NCBI GenBank assembly: GCA_040954595.2
Contig: CM082591.2
Location: forward strand, 5,425,009-5,489,008
Source: Balanoglossus misakiensis
Lineage: Eukaryota > Animalia > Hemichordata
Direction: 5' to 3'
Length of the DNA stretch: 64,000 nt
A model generated the notes under the pieces. The model was not told where the DNA came from. It saw only the letters and a list, made by a program, of their open reading frames with translations, and made no database searches. The position numbers and the translations under genes are program-made. Numbering within the stretch: the first letter of the stretch is position 1; each line of letters begins with the position of its first letter. Below, one piece after another: positions 14,501-24,973 of this stretch.

Positions 14501-15456
14501 ATTTTGTAAGATAACCTCTTTCCATTCCTCAGCATTACACCTTCTGCTTCCTTTCAGAAAGAAGCGAAAAAGACTTTGAAGTTGAATTTTGTCAAAAGTA
14601 AGTAACTTTGTTTAGAAAAGAATGTTTTGTTAAAGGGACATTAGCTGTAACTTTTGACTATTTTTTATTACTTGTGTTCTGTGTACTAACACCAGTTTCC
14701 TATGCTTGCCCACACATAATGCTCAAGTGTCCAGTATTCTGATTGTCAACATAGCCTACACATGTGAAATGATCATTGTTATTGTTGACAATTGAATTCT
14801 AGTCCGGACTAGAATACAAACTTTCAACAATAACAATGCAGATTGTACTCATATAGGGCATGTTTATGAACAAAATACTGGGCATTTCATCATGGTTCAG
14901 GGATTCCAACCAGAAACTGTAGTTGATACATAGAACAAACAAAATAAGAAAATGACCAAAAGATACAGCTAATGGATCTTTAATACTTTTTACATCAGAA
15001 AAAAATATCTTACTGTTCCAATGGGTGCCAGGTAGAGCACTGTTTGAAATGCCATCCAGCCCAGAAATATAAGTACTGCATCTTTGTCGAGGTAGTCACT
15101 GGGGTCCAGTGATACTGCTGGTATTTTGAATGGCGAGCAGCTATCGGGTGCACAGGCGAAGTATAAATAATACACCGTCAATGGGAGAGATATGACCATC
15201 AACACCGACCCTGAAATGGAAGGAGAGTGAATGAAAATAAACACCTCTCAATCTTTGGAAATTGTAAGGTTTTTTTGTATATATGTACTTAGTATAGCTC
15301 CAGGTGTATTCCAGGCACGTGATTGGTCAACTGGGATCACCTGAATAATTTGCATAATTGTTGAAGGCAATATATGCACATTTTCTTACCGATTGGACCC
15401 ATGAATTCATATTCTGTTGTTCTTGGTATCTTTTCATTTTGGTCTTTCCCTGCCAT
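11561..15456 (-). CDS. TM7SF2: Delta(14)-sterol reductase (TM7SF2/DHCR14, ERG4/ERG24 family), 423 aa
   Basis: Ten coding exons: 15456-15390, 15210-15014, 14550-14496, 14051-13857, 13665-13562, 13463-13344, 13153-12985, 12651-12571, 12245-12123, 11721-11561 (1272 nt, all phases consistent). Motifs: [95 protein letters not shown]-terminal [22 protein letters not shown]. The family call is secure; TM7SF2 versus LBR orthology is inferred from the missing Tudor domain. Confidence 0.93.
11886..11971. mobile_element. Family C piggyBac-like MITE, decayed copy
   Basis: ccctttcacccc...gtagaggtccaattttaccatagaaaacaatggatttgga...gtgacaggg, homologous to 11027-11122. Confidence 0.65.
12824..12977. mobile_element. 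Family B MITE abutting a sterol reductase splice donor
   Basis: agtcaaacctgtg ... atagacaggtttcact termini with repeated tggccac motifs; ends 7 nt from the exon boundary at 12985. Confidence 0.6.
14634..14979. mobile_element. TTAA-flanked MITE (family D, Kolobok-like) in a sterol reductase intron
   Basis: TTAA-agggacattagctgtaacttttg ... caaaagatacagctaatggatct-TTAA; central palindrome gaattctagtccggactagaat; reverse-oriented partial copy at ~45200-45412. Confidence 0.75.
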
Positions 15457-16012
15457 TGTCACTTTAATCGCCAGGTGCTAGAAAGGAAAAAACAACATTT
15501 GTTTAGTGTTGGCTGATAGTTGTTGACAGGAAAACTGGGCAAAAGAAGCAGAGTAGAATCGTAGCTAGTTTTAGCAATGTCCATTGATCTCCTGTCTTTT
15601 TTCTGCCAATCGGGAGCCAAAAATAGGTAATCTCACGTTATCTGGGAAAACTGATGCTGACTTTATCAACACCAGAAATGGATCACGAATATCCTGGTGT
15701 TGACTGTTGGGGGCGTGGTTGCAAGGCAGATATGACCATGGAGATGACGTACCCAACACTATAAACACCAGGCCAAGTCAAAACCTTGATCTGTGGCTAC
15801 ATTGCTGCAACCCGGGACGAGCCCCCGGGACTAGCCCTACTAGTATTGCTGTGATGAGGCTGTCACCCTCCCCCTCCCCCAGGGCCACACACACACAACA
15901 CATTGCATTGCATTGGGCAATGGGGGCATTGTGAGTGTGCGCGTACATACTCGACATCAACTCAACCTGTGTTCATCGGCGATGAAAATCATGTAAAGTT
16001 CTTCCTACATAC

Positions 16013-16110
16013 CTTTTCTGATAATAATAAAACGATGCCACTATTTTTCAAGCACTCCGCTGTAACATAACTCAAGAGAGAATCCCTGGTTTACGTAAGG
16101 TCAAAGGTCA
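16013..16110 (-). promoter_or_regulatory. Putative non-coding first exon and proximal promoter of the sterol reductase, with a TTACGTAA palindrome and a perfect DR1
   Basis: Minus-strand donor AAAG|gtatgt at 16013/16012 can splice to the acceptor at 15478 just upstream of the ATG. TTACGTAA at 16091-16098; AGGTCA-A-AGGTCA at 16098-16110. Confidence 0.5.
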
Positions 16111-19100
16111 CAGTACAGCTCGTACGATCCAGGAGAGCTAAATTATTTTTTGTAGTTTCGAGTAGTTGTAGGAGTGTACGGTATATCATGTGATAACCAG
16201 GCCGAGATGAGGGATATTGTTATCAGTGTTTATCATTTTCTTCTTTTCATCAATGAATTTCAGTTTTAAAAACTGCAAGGTAATTTGGCCACACTTTATC
16301 TATATACCGTAGCCGTGTTTTTCCACACACACAGAGAAACCCAACCCAACCAAACTGACGGTGCGAAACATAATACAAGCACCGTTTGGCCGAGCACTGT
16401 GGGGATTTTCAATCTAAATTCGTTGAGGGCGCCCAATCCAATCCCAATAGTCCAACACGATCTGCACTTGTGTTTTGTAGTGCAACATTTGGACAAAACA
16501 ATCTACTTAAATACGTCAAGTATACACCATTCCTGCAGAAAAATAACCCATTGAATATGGTGCCACATGGTCGACTTTTACAGGACTTTTCAACTGTCAT
16601 GACGCTGTCTAGATATCGGAGATTGTGTATTGACTGACCGGATTTTTTTTATCACATAGACTACTGAGAACCATTTTAAATTCCTCCCTCCACACAAAGC
16701 ATACGGAAAAAACTGGCTTGCGTCAACAGCGCAGATTACAAATTTTCAAATTTCATGTTAGACCATAACAGAGAAAGTTTTAATCTTCGAGTTCGTTCGC
16801 TAAAATCTTGGCAAACGCGTTCATTATTATTCGCTTCTCAGACCCTAAACCGGACAGCTACCATGTCGAATTTGTATGGCCAAAACCTGGAATGAATGCA
16901 TGAGACTATTTATATATATTTAAGCATCTTGCGTTTATTTGAGCAGTAATCCGACAGTTTAGTTTTCATGTACATTAATTTTTACTGTTTTATTTGTTTA
17001 ACAGACTACACACAGGCCTAATAAGCTTGCAGTTTTAATGTACCTATGGGTGTAGGTATAAGAGACACGCAAAATAACGGAAATTCAGGCTACTTCAGGG
17101 AGCAAGAGACCAATGTACAGCGATGGACTATTTCATTTTATTCCTTATGCAGGTGAGCTATATTTTGTTTGAATTTAGGTGCACAGCCGAGACATAAAAT
17201 TTAAATAGAAGTGATAAAATCTGTGGTACGTATATTTTCTGAAATTTGTACAGCTTAATTTTCATTAAGCGTAAACCCTTGTGGCGATGTTTGTGTTGAC
17301 ATTTTCCCGTTGACCAGGAAAATTGCAGTAAATGTACAAACCTGCCGTCATTAATACCACTGGCTGAAGAAGCGACTTATTCTTCTGACTAAAGCCAAGT
17401 TTACCTCAGCTTGGCGACCTAGGATGCTGGCGAGCAGTGCTGTACTGATATCTGTTCTCGCTATTGGGGCCAGTCTACAGTCTGAGAGACAGATCTCAGT
17501 GTCATTAGGGGATGTGTTGAAAATCCATCAGTATGCAACGTATTTTGTTTTAAGATTAATTGCGAGTGACGCATACATGTCTGTTTTTTTATAACGAGTA
17601 AGATTATTTGAATTGAAATTAATATATTTTATTACCATACGCGTATTGCACACATACATGTATATGGAATAGCATGTTGTGGCCACATCCGTTTTAATTT
17701 TGAAGAAAAACATGGAGAATTATTTACATGTTTGAGTTAATGGCATCACTTACGTTTAGTACCGAACCATATGTTGTGCAAATCTGTGTTTATAGCCGAT
17801 CCATAACCACAGATATCTTAATTAAAAATGACATCATTTCATATTCAGCGATACGTGCTGAAGTGCTGAAGTCTCCACTTGTAGAGGACACGAGAGTGAA
17901 AAACTCGCCAAAATTAATAATTGGTCTCTACCATTCATTCATTTTTGCGAGCCTTTTACTCTCATGTCCTACAAACGAGAAGGAAATTGTGTGTGGTCGA
18001 ACGTTGATTCACTATATATCCACATATATAATAACATATATAAACGGTTTCTTGTATCAAACAAAATTAATGGAAAAGGGCAGCGAGAGAAAGACTTTAT
18101 ACGTTCTCAATTCAATTTTCCCGAACTCGTTATTCGAATCCAAAACAAAACACTTGGGGTATATAAATGTTAATGGCAGAGGAATAAAATATATAGAAGG
18201 AGCTTTACATAGATCTTTGGTGCAAAAAAAATATTTGGCCAAGAAATTTGCGATTAAAACGTTACCACAAACCTCACAAGCAACCGCTACGATTTTGAGC
18301 ATGCACGATTTCAGTTCCCACTATTTCAATCCAAATTGTATGTTGCCATTTTAAACATCACATACGTGAAAAATACAAAATGCAAATATACATAACTAAT
18401 AAATTAACATAAGCCTATTACAAGCTTTAAGTTTACGACAACAATTATTTGAAAGAAATGATAACTATATTATAACTGTTTGTGTAAATGATATTCCCGA
18501 AGTTAATGCTGAACCATGTGATGATGTGTAATACAAATGTATACGGCTAGCTTTATGGAACAGATTGTCATATCGTAAAAGGTATCCGTTCCTGCGTCAG
18601 CGGACATTAAAACTTAAATAGTTCGGACAAAATTCAAATGTCCACGAACACAGATTTGACATGTACACGTACTTTGTTGACAAGCTTTAAACTTGGCATT
18701 TGAAGAGGCTGAGCGAACATAATACTTTATAAAGGGTGAATGTCGTCTGAACTGCACATGCGCGATTTTTGTTTACAAACACACTACCAGCGTCACGGTT
18801 GTCCCCACTACTGTTCAGAGAGACTGTGCCAACCGATACATGTTATCAAAGTAATGAGGAAATGTGATAAAAAGTAACCACGCATGCATTGTTTGCCAGG
18901 ATGTACACTGTGTTACAAAGTAACAAACCCAATGTTTGCAAGTATGTACATTGTAGCAGTTACACTTTGCGCATACTTTGACTTGCCATGAACTATGTGG
19001 TATGGGACCCGTGTCTGCAGCCGCAGACGGGGCGACGCCTACCCTTTAATTGCTGTACAAAATATCCTTGCCAAGCATATCAAAAGTTACTGTCCTAATC

Positions 19101-19238
19101 CGCGAGTCTGCGCGGAGCTCATAGAAGTGTTGGCCAATAGAAAAGATGCCAGCTGTTTCTCAAACCAGTGTGGACAGGTTCGCTTAGAGTGGATTTCGGA
19201 ATTCAGAGCAGGATTACGTGGAGAGAAGAGCAGCCGAG

Positions 19239-22233
19239 ATGAAGCTTCAGATTTTCTTTCTTGTCGTCGTCCTTTGGAGTGTGTGTTCTGCAGGCAATGT
19301 TCAGGTAAGTGTCCGCTGATGTACTACTGGCACTGTATGTACGCATTTCTTAGTCTAGTCGTACACAGTTTCCGAGCATTAACGCAAATGCCACTAAAGC
19401 ACACAGTTGAGTTGCAGCATCACGAAAAGAGAAAAAACGAGCTCAGCTCCTGTTTCTAACTGAATGACAATTTTAGAAAACGACATCCTCAGTTAAAATA
19501 TTTTGAATGATACCAAACGTTTGTTCGGCTGAGTACGTATCAGATTTCTAGTTTTCATAAATTGAAGACATCAAAGTTTCTGTTAAGAATTTATTAAAAA
19601 ATTATGACCGGTAGCGTTCGCTGTTGACAATTTTTTTTAGATCTTAGATAATTGTGGTAGTTGTCCAAATTAACGTCAACAACTTAATCCAGGATATGTC
19701 TACACACAATGTGAATTCTTACCCATGTTTCTGACAATTCGTTTTTCCCCAGAAATTCAAGAAGGTTAAGAAAGCCGCAGGAGGACATGGTCAGATAAAG
19801 CGAGGTAAGCATGACTATAGACAGTATAGGAAAAGGAATACCACGGGCAGGTGGTGTCATTATTTTCACAGTCCTGTCCGATGGGAGTGTGAGATCGACC
19901 GTGTGATGGTAGTCCATTCCCCGGTATCACAATGCGAATTAAACTCATTTTCTGTACAGTTGAGAATCTCACACACCGTGGGCCAGTGATAAGATTCCTC
20001 ACCTTCGTTTGGGGATTTTGTGTGATATTTTTAATCCAAGTTCTTGGGGTGCGATGGGAGTGTGAAATCGACCGTGTAATGGTAGTCCATTCCCCGGAAT
20101 CACAATGCGAATCGTCATTTTCTGTACATTTGGCAATCTCACACACCGAGGGCCTGGGATAAGATTCCTCACCTTCGTTTGGGGATTTTGTACGAACATT
20201 TTTTATCCAAGTTCTTGGGGTGCGAGATTCTAATAAGCTGCGAGTTGTATGACTGTTCTTGGCCTGGTCTCATTACCCAGTGTGTTTTAGATAGACTCGC
20301 ACACACGTATGAGTCTATCTAAAAACACTGGGTATGGAGACCAGGCCAGACTGTTCTTGAATTGTCCTTTTCCCCCGTAGCCATTGGCGACTTTCTGGTG
20401 GGCGTCTTCTGGCCCGAGTGTCCCCAGCCCCGCCTGGGTGTCTCCATGTACGAAATCCGCAGCTCGCCGGCCGGGATCTGGGTGACCGTCACGCGCCTTT
20501 CCAACAACGCCGTCATCGCTGACAGGACGGGCCTGTCCGTGGAGGCAGGGGCGATAGTGTCCGAAACCTTTGAGGTGCCCACCAGCGGCGAGGCCTATTT
20601 GGTGGAATGGGAGGACCAGAGTGACGCCAGCAATGTGGGTTCAGTGACGCTTCACGCATGTAAGCTAAGGATGAGATCTCTGTCTTATGATACTTAATTT
20701 GAAGCCCCATCTGCCACTTTTTACATTATTTTCATTGTTAGAATGGTCCGTTAACACGGCATTACTGGTGGGTATACAGTATACACAAACATATTATTAA
20801 TCTCTGATTGCGGCTGACGGGTACATATAAACAAGTTGAATAAGAATTTGGTGTCGCACCCTTTAATGCGCTCTTGCCGAGTATTACAATCTCCACAAAA
20901 TCAACATGGTGTCGTGATTGGAGTATTTTATCGAATTAATATATGATAAAACTGGCATCTATTGGCGCTTTAATCCATTTTCAGCATTAAATGTACCAAG
21001 ACTTTTCAAATTGTGATTTTTGGCCTGATTTTGGAACTGTAAGCGACGATATATTTCCAGTTCGTAAACTACTCACAGAAGCTCATATACAATGTGTACC
21101 GTGTGTTTTACACCTTCAGGTAGCGGTGCGTCGGGCGCCAAGGACCCACACATGCGCACTTTCAGTGGCGTCAAGTACAACTTTCAGGGTTACTGCACCT
21201 ATACGCTTGCGAAGGACTGTCGAACGAGCAGACCCGCCTTCAACATCTACGCCGATTTTCGCGGACGAGACAACCCGACTAAACCCCCAACGAGAATGGT
21301 GGCAGTAACTACACAAGTTTTCGGCGGCGATGCGTACACCTTCCTGGAGGATCACTCGGTTCTTGTAAGGATGGATACCTTATTGACTCAGTGACTGAGT
21401 GAGTGACTGACCGACTGACTGACTGGGTGGATGGATGGATATGGATGGATGGATGAACAAATGGGTGAATAAATAAATGAATGAATGAATGATTAAGGCA
21501 GGAAGTAATAAAGGAACAAACGAACGAACAAATAAATAAATGTCTTGTGACTGACTGACTGAATGAATATTTTTGTTACGTGTGACTATGTCAATTTTTT
21601 GTGGCCTTCATTACGTTACGTAAATAATGAAAATAATGATTCAGTAGAACGCCCGGTGTAAAACAGCACATTTCCCAAGTATATTCTGTAAACTGGTAAA
21701 CAAACTTACATTTTTCTCGATCGTGTAGGTTAACAATCGGCCAATTACTGACCGTAATCTGACCATTGGGGATGAAATTGGTTACATTCAAGAAGGCGAT
21801 GGCAACATCCGGTTATACCTCCGAGACGCCGAACTGTCCCTGGAGTGGAACGGGAAAGACCACGCTGCCTCGGTGACAATCGGTAGCGACGAGTTTGAAG
21901 GCAGACTCTGCGGGATGTTTGGCAGTGGCGGTCAAGTGAAAGGGAAGGATTTGATCAAGTCAGATGGCACATTGACCTACAACACGACTGAGTTTGCCGA
22001 GAGTTGGGTTGTACCAGGCAGGTGCGTCAATAATACATGTACTATTATAGATGACATATTTTGTTTTGTCTTTTTGTAAACGGACATTTTCTCCTTCGTT
22101 TTATGTCATTGCTAGGGCTGTGGGATACATTACTTTCCCTTATCCTACATCCCCTTCCCCTTCTCCATCTATTCTGTGCATAAATGGTATCATGCGTTGT
22201 TTTCTCTTTTCACATTTCAGTTGTCCATACTGA
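19239..22233 (+). CDS. Secreted single von Willebrand factor type D (VWD) domain protein, 315 aa
   Basis: Exons 19239-19304 (signal peptide MKLQIFFLVVVLWSVCSAG), 19753-19804 (KFKKVKKAAGGHGQIKR), 20381-20659, 21120-21364 (KDPHMRTFSGVKYNFQGYCTYTLAKDC), 21729-22021 (GRLCGMFG...EFAESWVVPG), 22221-22233 (SCPY*); 948 nt, phases consistent. Confidence 0.88.
19879..20225. repeat. Tandem duplication of a ~172-bp unit (probably internal to a non-autonomous element) in VWD gene intron 2
   Basis: Units begin cgatgggagtgtga at 19879 and 20052 and are largely identical; the end motif cttggg.gtg.gagattcta recurs at ~42720-42742. Confidence 0.85.
20260..20348. mobile_element. 89-bp hairpin element with 9-bp target-site duplication
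   Basis: tggcctggtctc..tacccagtg..agatagactc / gagtctatct..cactgggta..gagaccaggcca; gactgttct repeated at 20251-20259 and 20349-20357. Confidence 0.8.
21390..21570. repeat. Compound tetranucleotide microsatellite (TGAC/TGGA/TGAA/CGAA/TAAA)
   Basis: Runs such as gactgactgact, ggatggatggat and gaatgaatgaat in VWD gene intron 4. Confidence 0.85.
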
Positions 22234-22686
22234 GGAGGGACTGGAAGAACCAGATGGACGCAAATGCTTGCTGAAACACCTCTTGTACATTCTAGTAAAA
22301 TGTACATGTCATGTTTTGTTTCTTAGGCCTAACACAGCCTCCCTGAGGTCTTGGCTCATGCACTCTTAGTAGTAAATAATTTAGGTTTTGCTATATGTCA
22401 TTTTGCAACTGTAATTTACTGTTAGGGAACAATTTGGCAAAATTTACATTATGAATCGCAAATATAAATATACCAGTTATGGTTAATGTATTTGTATTCT
22501 GTATTGCATCAGATTTCCACATTGCCAATTTTCACAGAAAAAATATGATGATCACTGTGTTTACCCGACGGACGGTTTATACAATAATTTCACGATGGAG
22601 CAAAACTACGGATTCACGTAATCGTCTGTCTGTGGCGCTCACATGCATTTCTTTTGCGGAAGGACATTGGACGATTTGTAAACTCA

Positions 22687-22721
22687 CCACAGTCCCTCTA
22701 TAATACATAGAGGGTCTGTGG
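22687..22721. repeat. 35-bp hairpin mini-element
   Basis: ccacagtccctcta-taataca-tagagggtctgtgg; flanks taaactca/taaactat resemble a decayed TSD. Confidence 0.55.
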
Positions 22722-22985
22722 TAAACTATTCTAATATTGGCTACAGATGTTCAAGCTTTGTGAACTGAAGTTCTTTCATAGGCGGCCATCGTCGCTGTCA
22801 TGCGAGAAAATTATCTTGCGCGACGACTTTTCTCTTAGCTTCCTAGAATATCGGAAGTCTGAGAGAACATTTTGCGTCCAAAATTCAAGCTGTGTATACC
22901 AGTATTATTTAGTAGTTTTGAAGGGGTATTTTGTGTTTTGTGGGCAATTTTGGTCGAAGCCAGAGGCCGTCCGGACGTACGCGCG

Positions 22986-23140
22986 CGCCGACGCGTCTTC
23001 GGGAAGTCAAACAATTCGATGTTCCCACCGTGGCCAATATTAGCAAACTTTTGGGCCCGCATGCGGTGATCGCCGACGCGTCTTCGGGAAGTTAAACAAT
23101 TCGATGTTCCCACGGTGGCCAATATTAGCAAACTTGTGGG
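22986..23140. repeat. Direct repeat, ~65-70 bp conserved unit with 85-bp period
   Basis: cgccgacgcgtcttcgggaagt.aaacaattcgatgttcccac.gtggccaatattagcaaactt at 22986 and 23071. Confidence 0.85.
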
Positions 23141-24973
23141 AATCTGGTGCTCCATTGTTAAGTGTAACAGAAACTGTCGCCTCGCAAAGACACGGAGGCA
23201 TCTGTACGTATGATCCGCTTGGTTTGTCTCCTATAGTGGAACACCATGTCTTGCCTGCGCCCTCGGTGTCAACAACACGACCAGTCACCTTTCCTCCCTC
23301 TGCAATCCCAGGATGTATACGTGTTTATGTCACATGTTCTTATATCGTCAGTTGAGTTCCGGTTGTAAGATGGCGACAGGTTGATTCTTGACGTTGCACC
23401 GCGTGTACAGGTAGTTGAACATTCAGTTTAACTTACGTTTTTACGGAGTTTGTGTGAAGTTGAACACATCATATTCCTGCATGGTGGAGGCCGTGTAATG
23501 CCAGTAGCACACAGACCTGTACGCAGGGCTAACACATCATTGCAGTCCAGTTGGAGCAAAGGCAATTTTTCGTTGATGTGGTAAGTACAGATTTTTTTAC
23601 ATACACTTAAATGTGCAAGTGTGTCATCACTCCAGTCTACCTCGCCAAAGGCGAGGATCATAGACTATGGCGTTAACAAATGGTTCCAAAATTCGAGAAA
23701 CTGACGTGTAGTGGACAACTGACATCGAAGAAATGTGAAGACATTAGACATACATGTACAACATACAAGACTTGCAAGTGGCCCCCCAGAATTGAAGCTG
23801 GTGCATCTGTAAATGGTAAGTACACAAGACTTGTAATTGTATCAATCAATATGGACATCATCATCATTATCATCATCATCATCAATACTTGTACTGGTAA
23901 TCAAAATACACAATTCTCATGTACTGTTTTGTCATTACAAATGTGTTTTATTATGTAGCATTGACCTTCTATAAATCAATGTGAGAGCAACAATGTACAC
24001 ATGTGCTTGTACAAAAAATGACACAAAATTAAACAGCTTGTGAAAAACATGCCTTCACTAATATAGTTTAGGATTTTGGCACGGAATAATGATCTCATGA
24101 TCGTATAAGTTAGAAAAATAAACATTAATTTTCACAAAGTTGTACACATTTTTAATCAATATATACATAAGAAACTTTATGGGAAGCACTATATACAGTT
24201 AAGCATAGGTAGATACAATATCATTTATGTAATATATTACTGTACAATATCAGTGTCAAGTTATTCTATTACACGTTTTTGATGGCTCAAGGTTTGCTTA
24301 TCCAACAAGGTTTTCATGTGAAGTGTATGAGGCATCAGTGTGTTGGAAACATACAGTGCTATTTTTAATATGCAGTTATGTACACATTCTTTCCATTGAT
24401 TATAAATACCCATCTGTATTCTAAAGTTCATAGGTCAAACATAGTGTTGCCAGTTGTGAAACTTGATTCGTTTACAATGAGATGATAATTCGCTGATGTC
24501 AGTTTTTTTCACGATTATGTAATCTCCTAATTTTTGTTATTTTGCTGCTACAGGCCAAATTTTATTTATACAAACACAACATGAAAACATCAGCCTGTAA
24601 TTTTTGCTGTAAAATGAGCAATAGAGCACTTAAGTTGAGATGTATCAAATATCTTCAACACAATAACACTACAAAAGTGTGCCACATTCTGCAGAAATTA
24701 GGGAACATAATGGTTAGATGTCCTCTCCTAACTTTTTGCTTAATAAATTATTAGATATATACATTGAAATTTCTCAAAATTAAATGTGCTAGTGAATATT
24801 TCTGCAATTGCGGTGCACATTTTTTCAACAGATAAAATATTATATTTTACATGTCTAATAAAATCCTGAATATATAATTTAGTATTAAAAAGAGCTACAT
24901 AAACTTTACACATTTCAAAATCTGAAGCATAAATCTATATTTTGAGGGATGGTACACAATAGCGTTGATGCCA

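Noticed and set aside
17728-18354. 208-aa plus-strand ORF
   Set aside because: AT-rich, intergenic-like codon composition (Ile/Lys/Tyr/Ser-rich), with no recognisable domain or splice partner. Probably chance or a decayed repeat; a BLASTP/RNA-seq check would settle it.
18995-19459. 154-aa ORF overlapping the VWD gene start
   Set aside because: Different frame from the signal-peptide exon and runs through its donor; no motif.
22986-23140. Repeat-spacer-repeat pattern resembling a CRISPR array
   Set aside because: Only two ~65-bp units, eukaryotic context, no cas genes.
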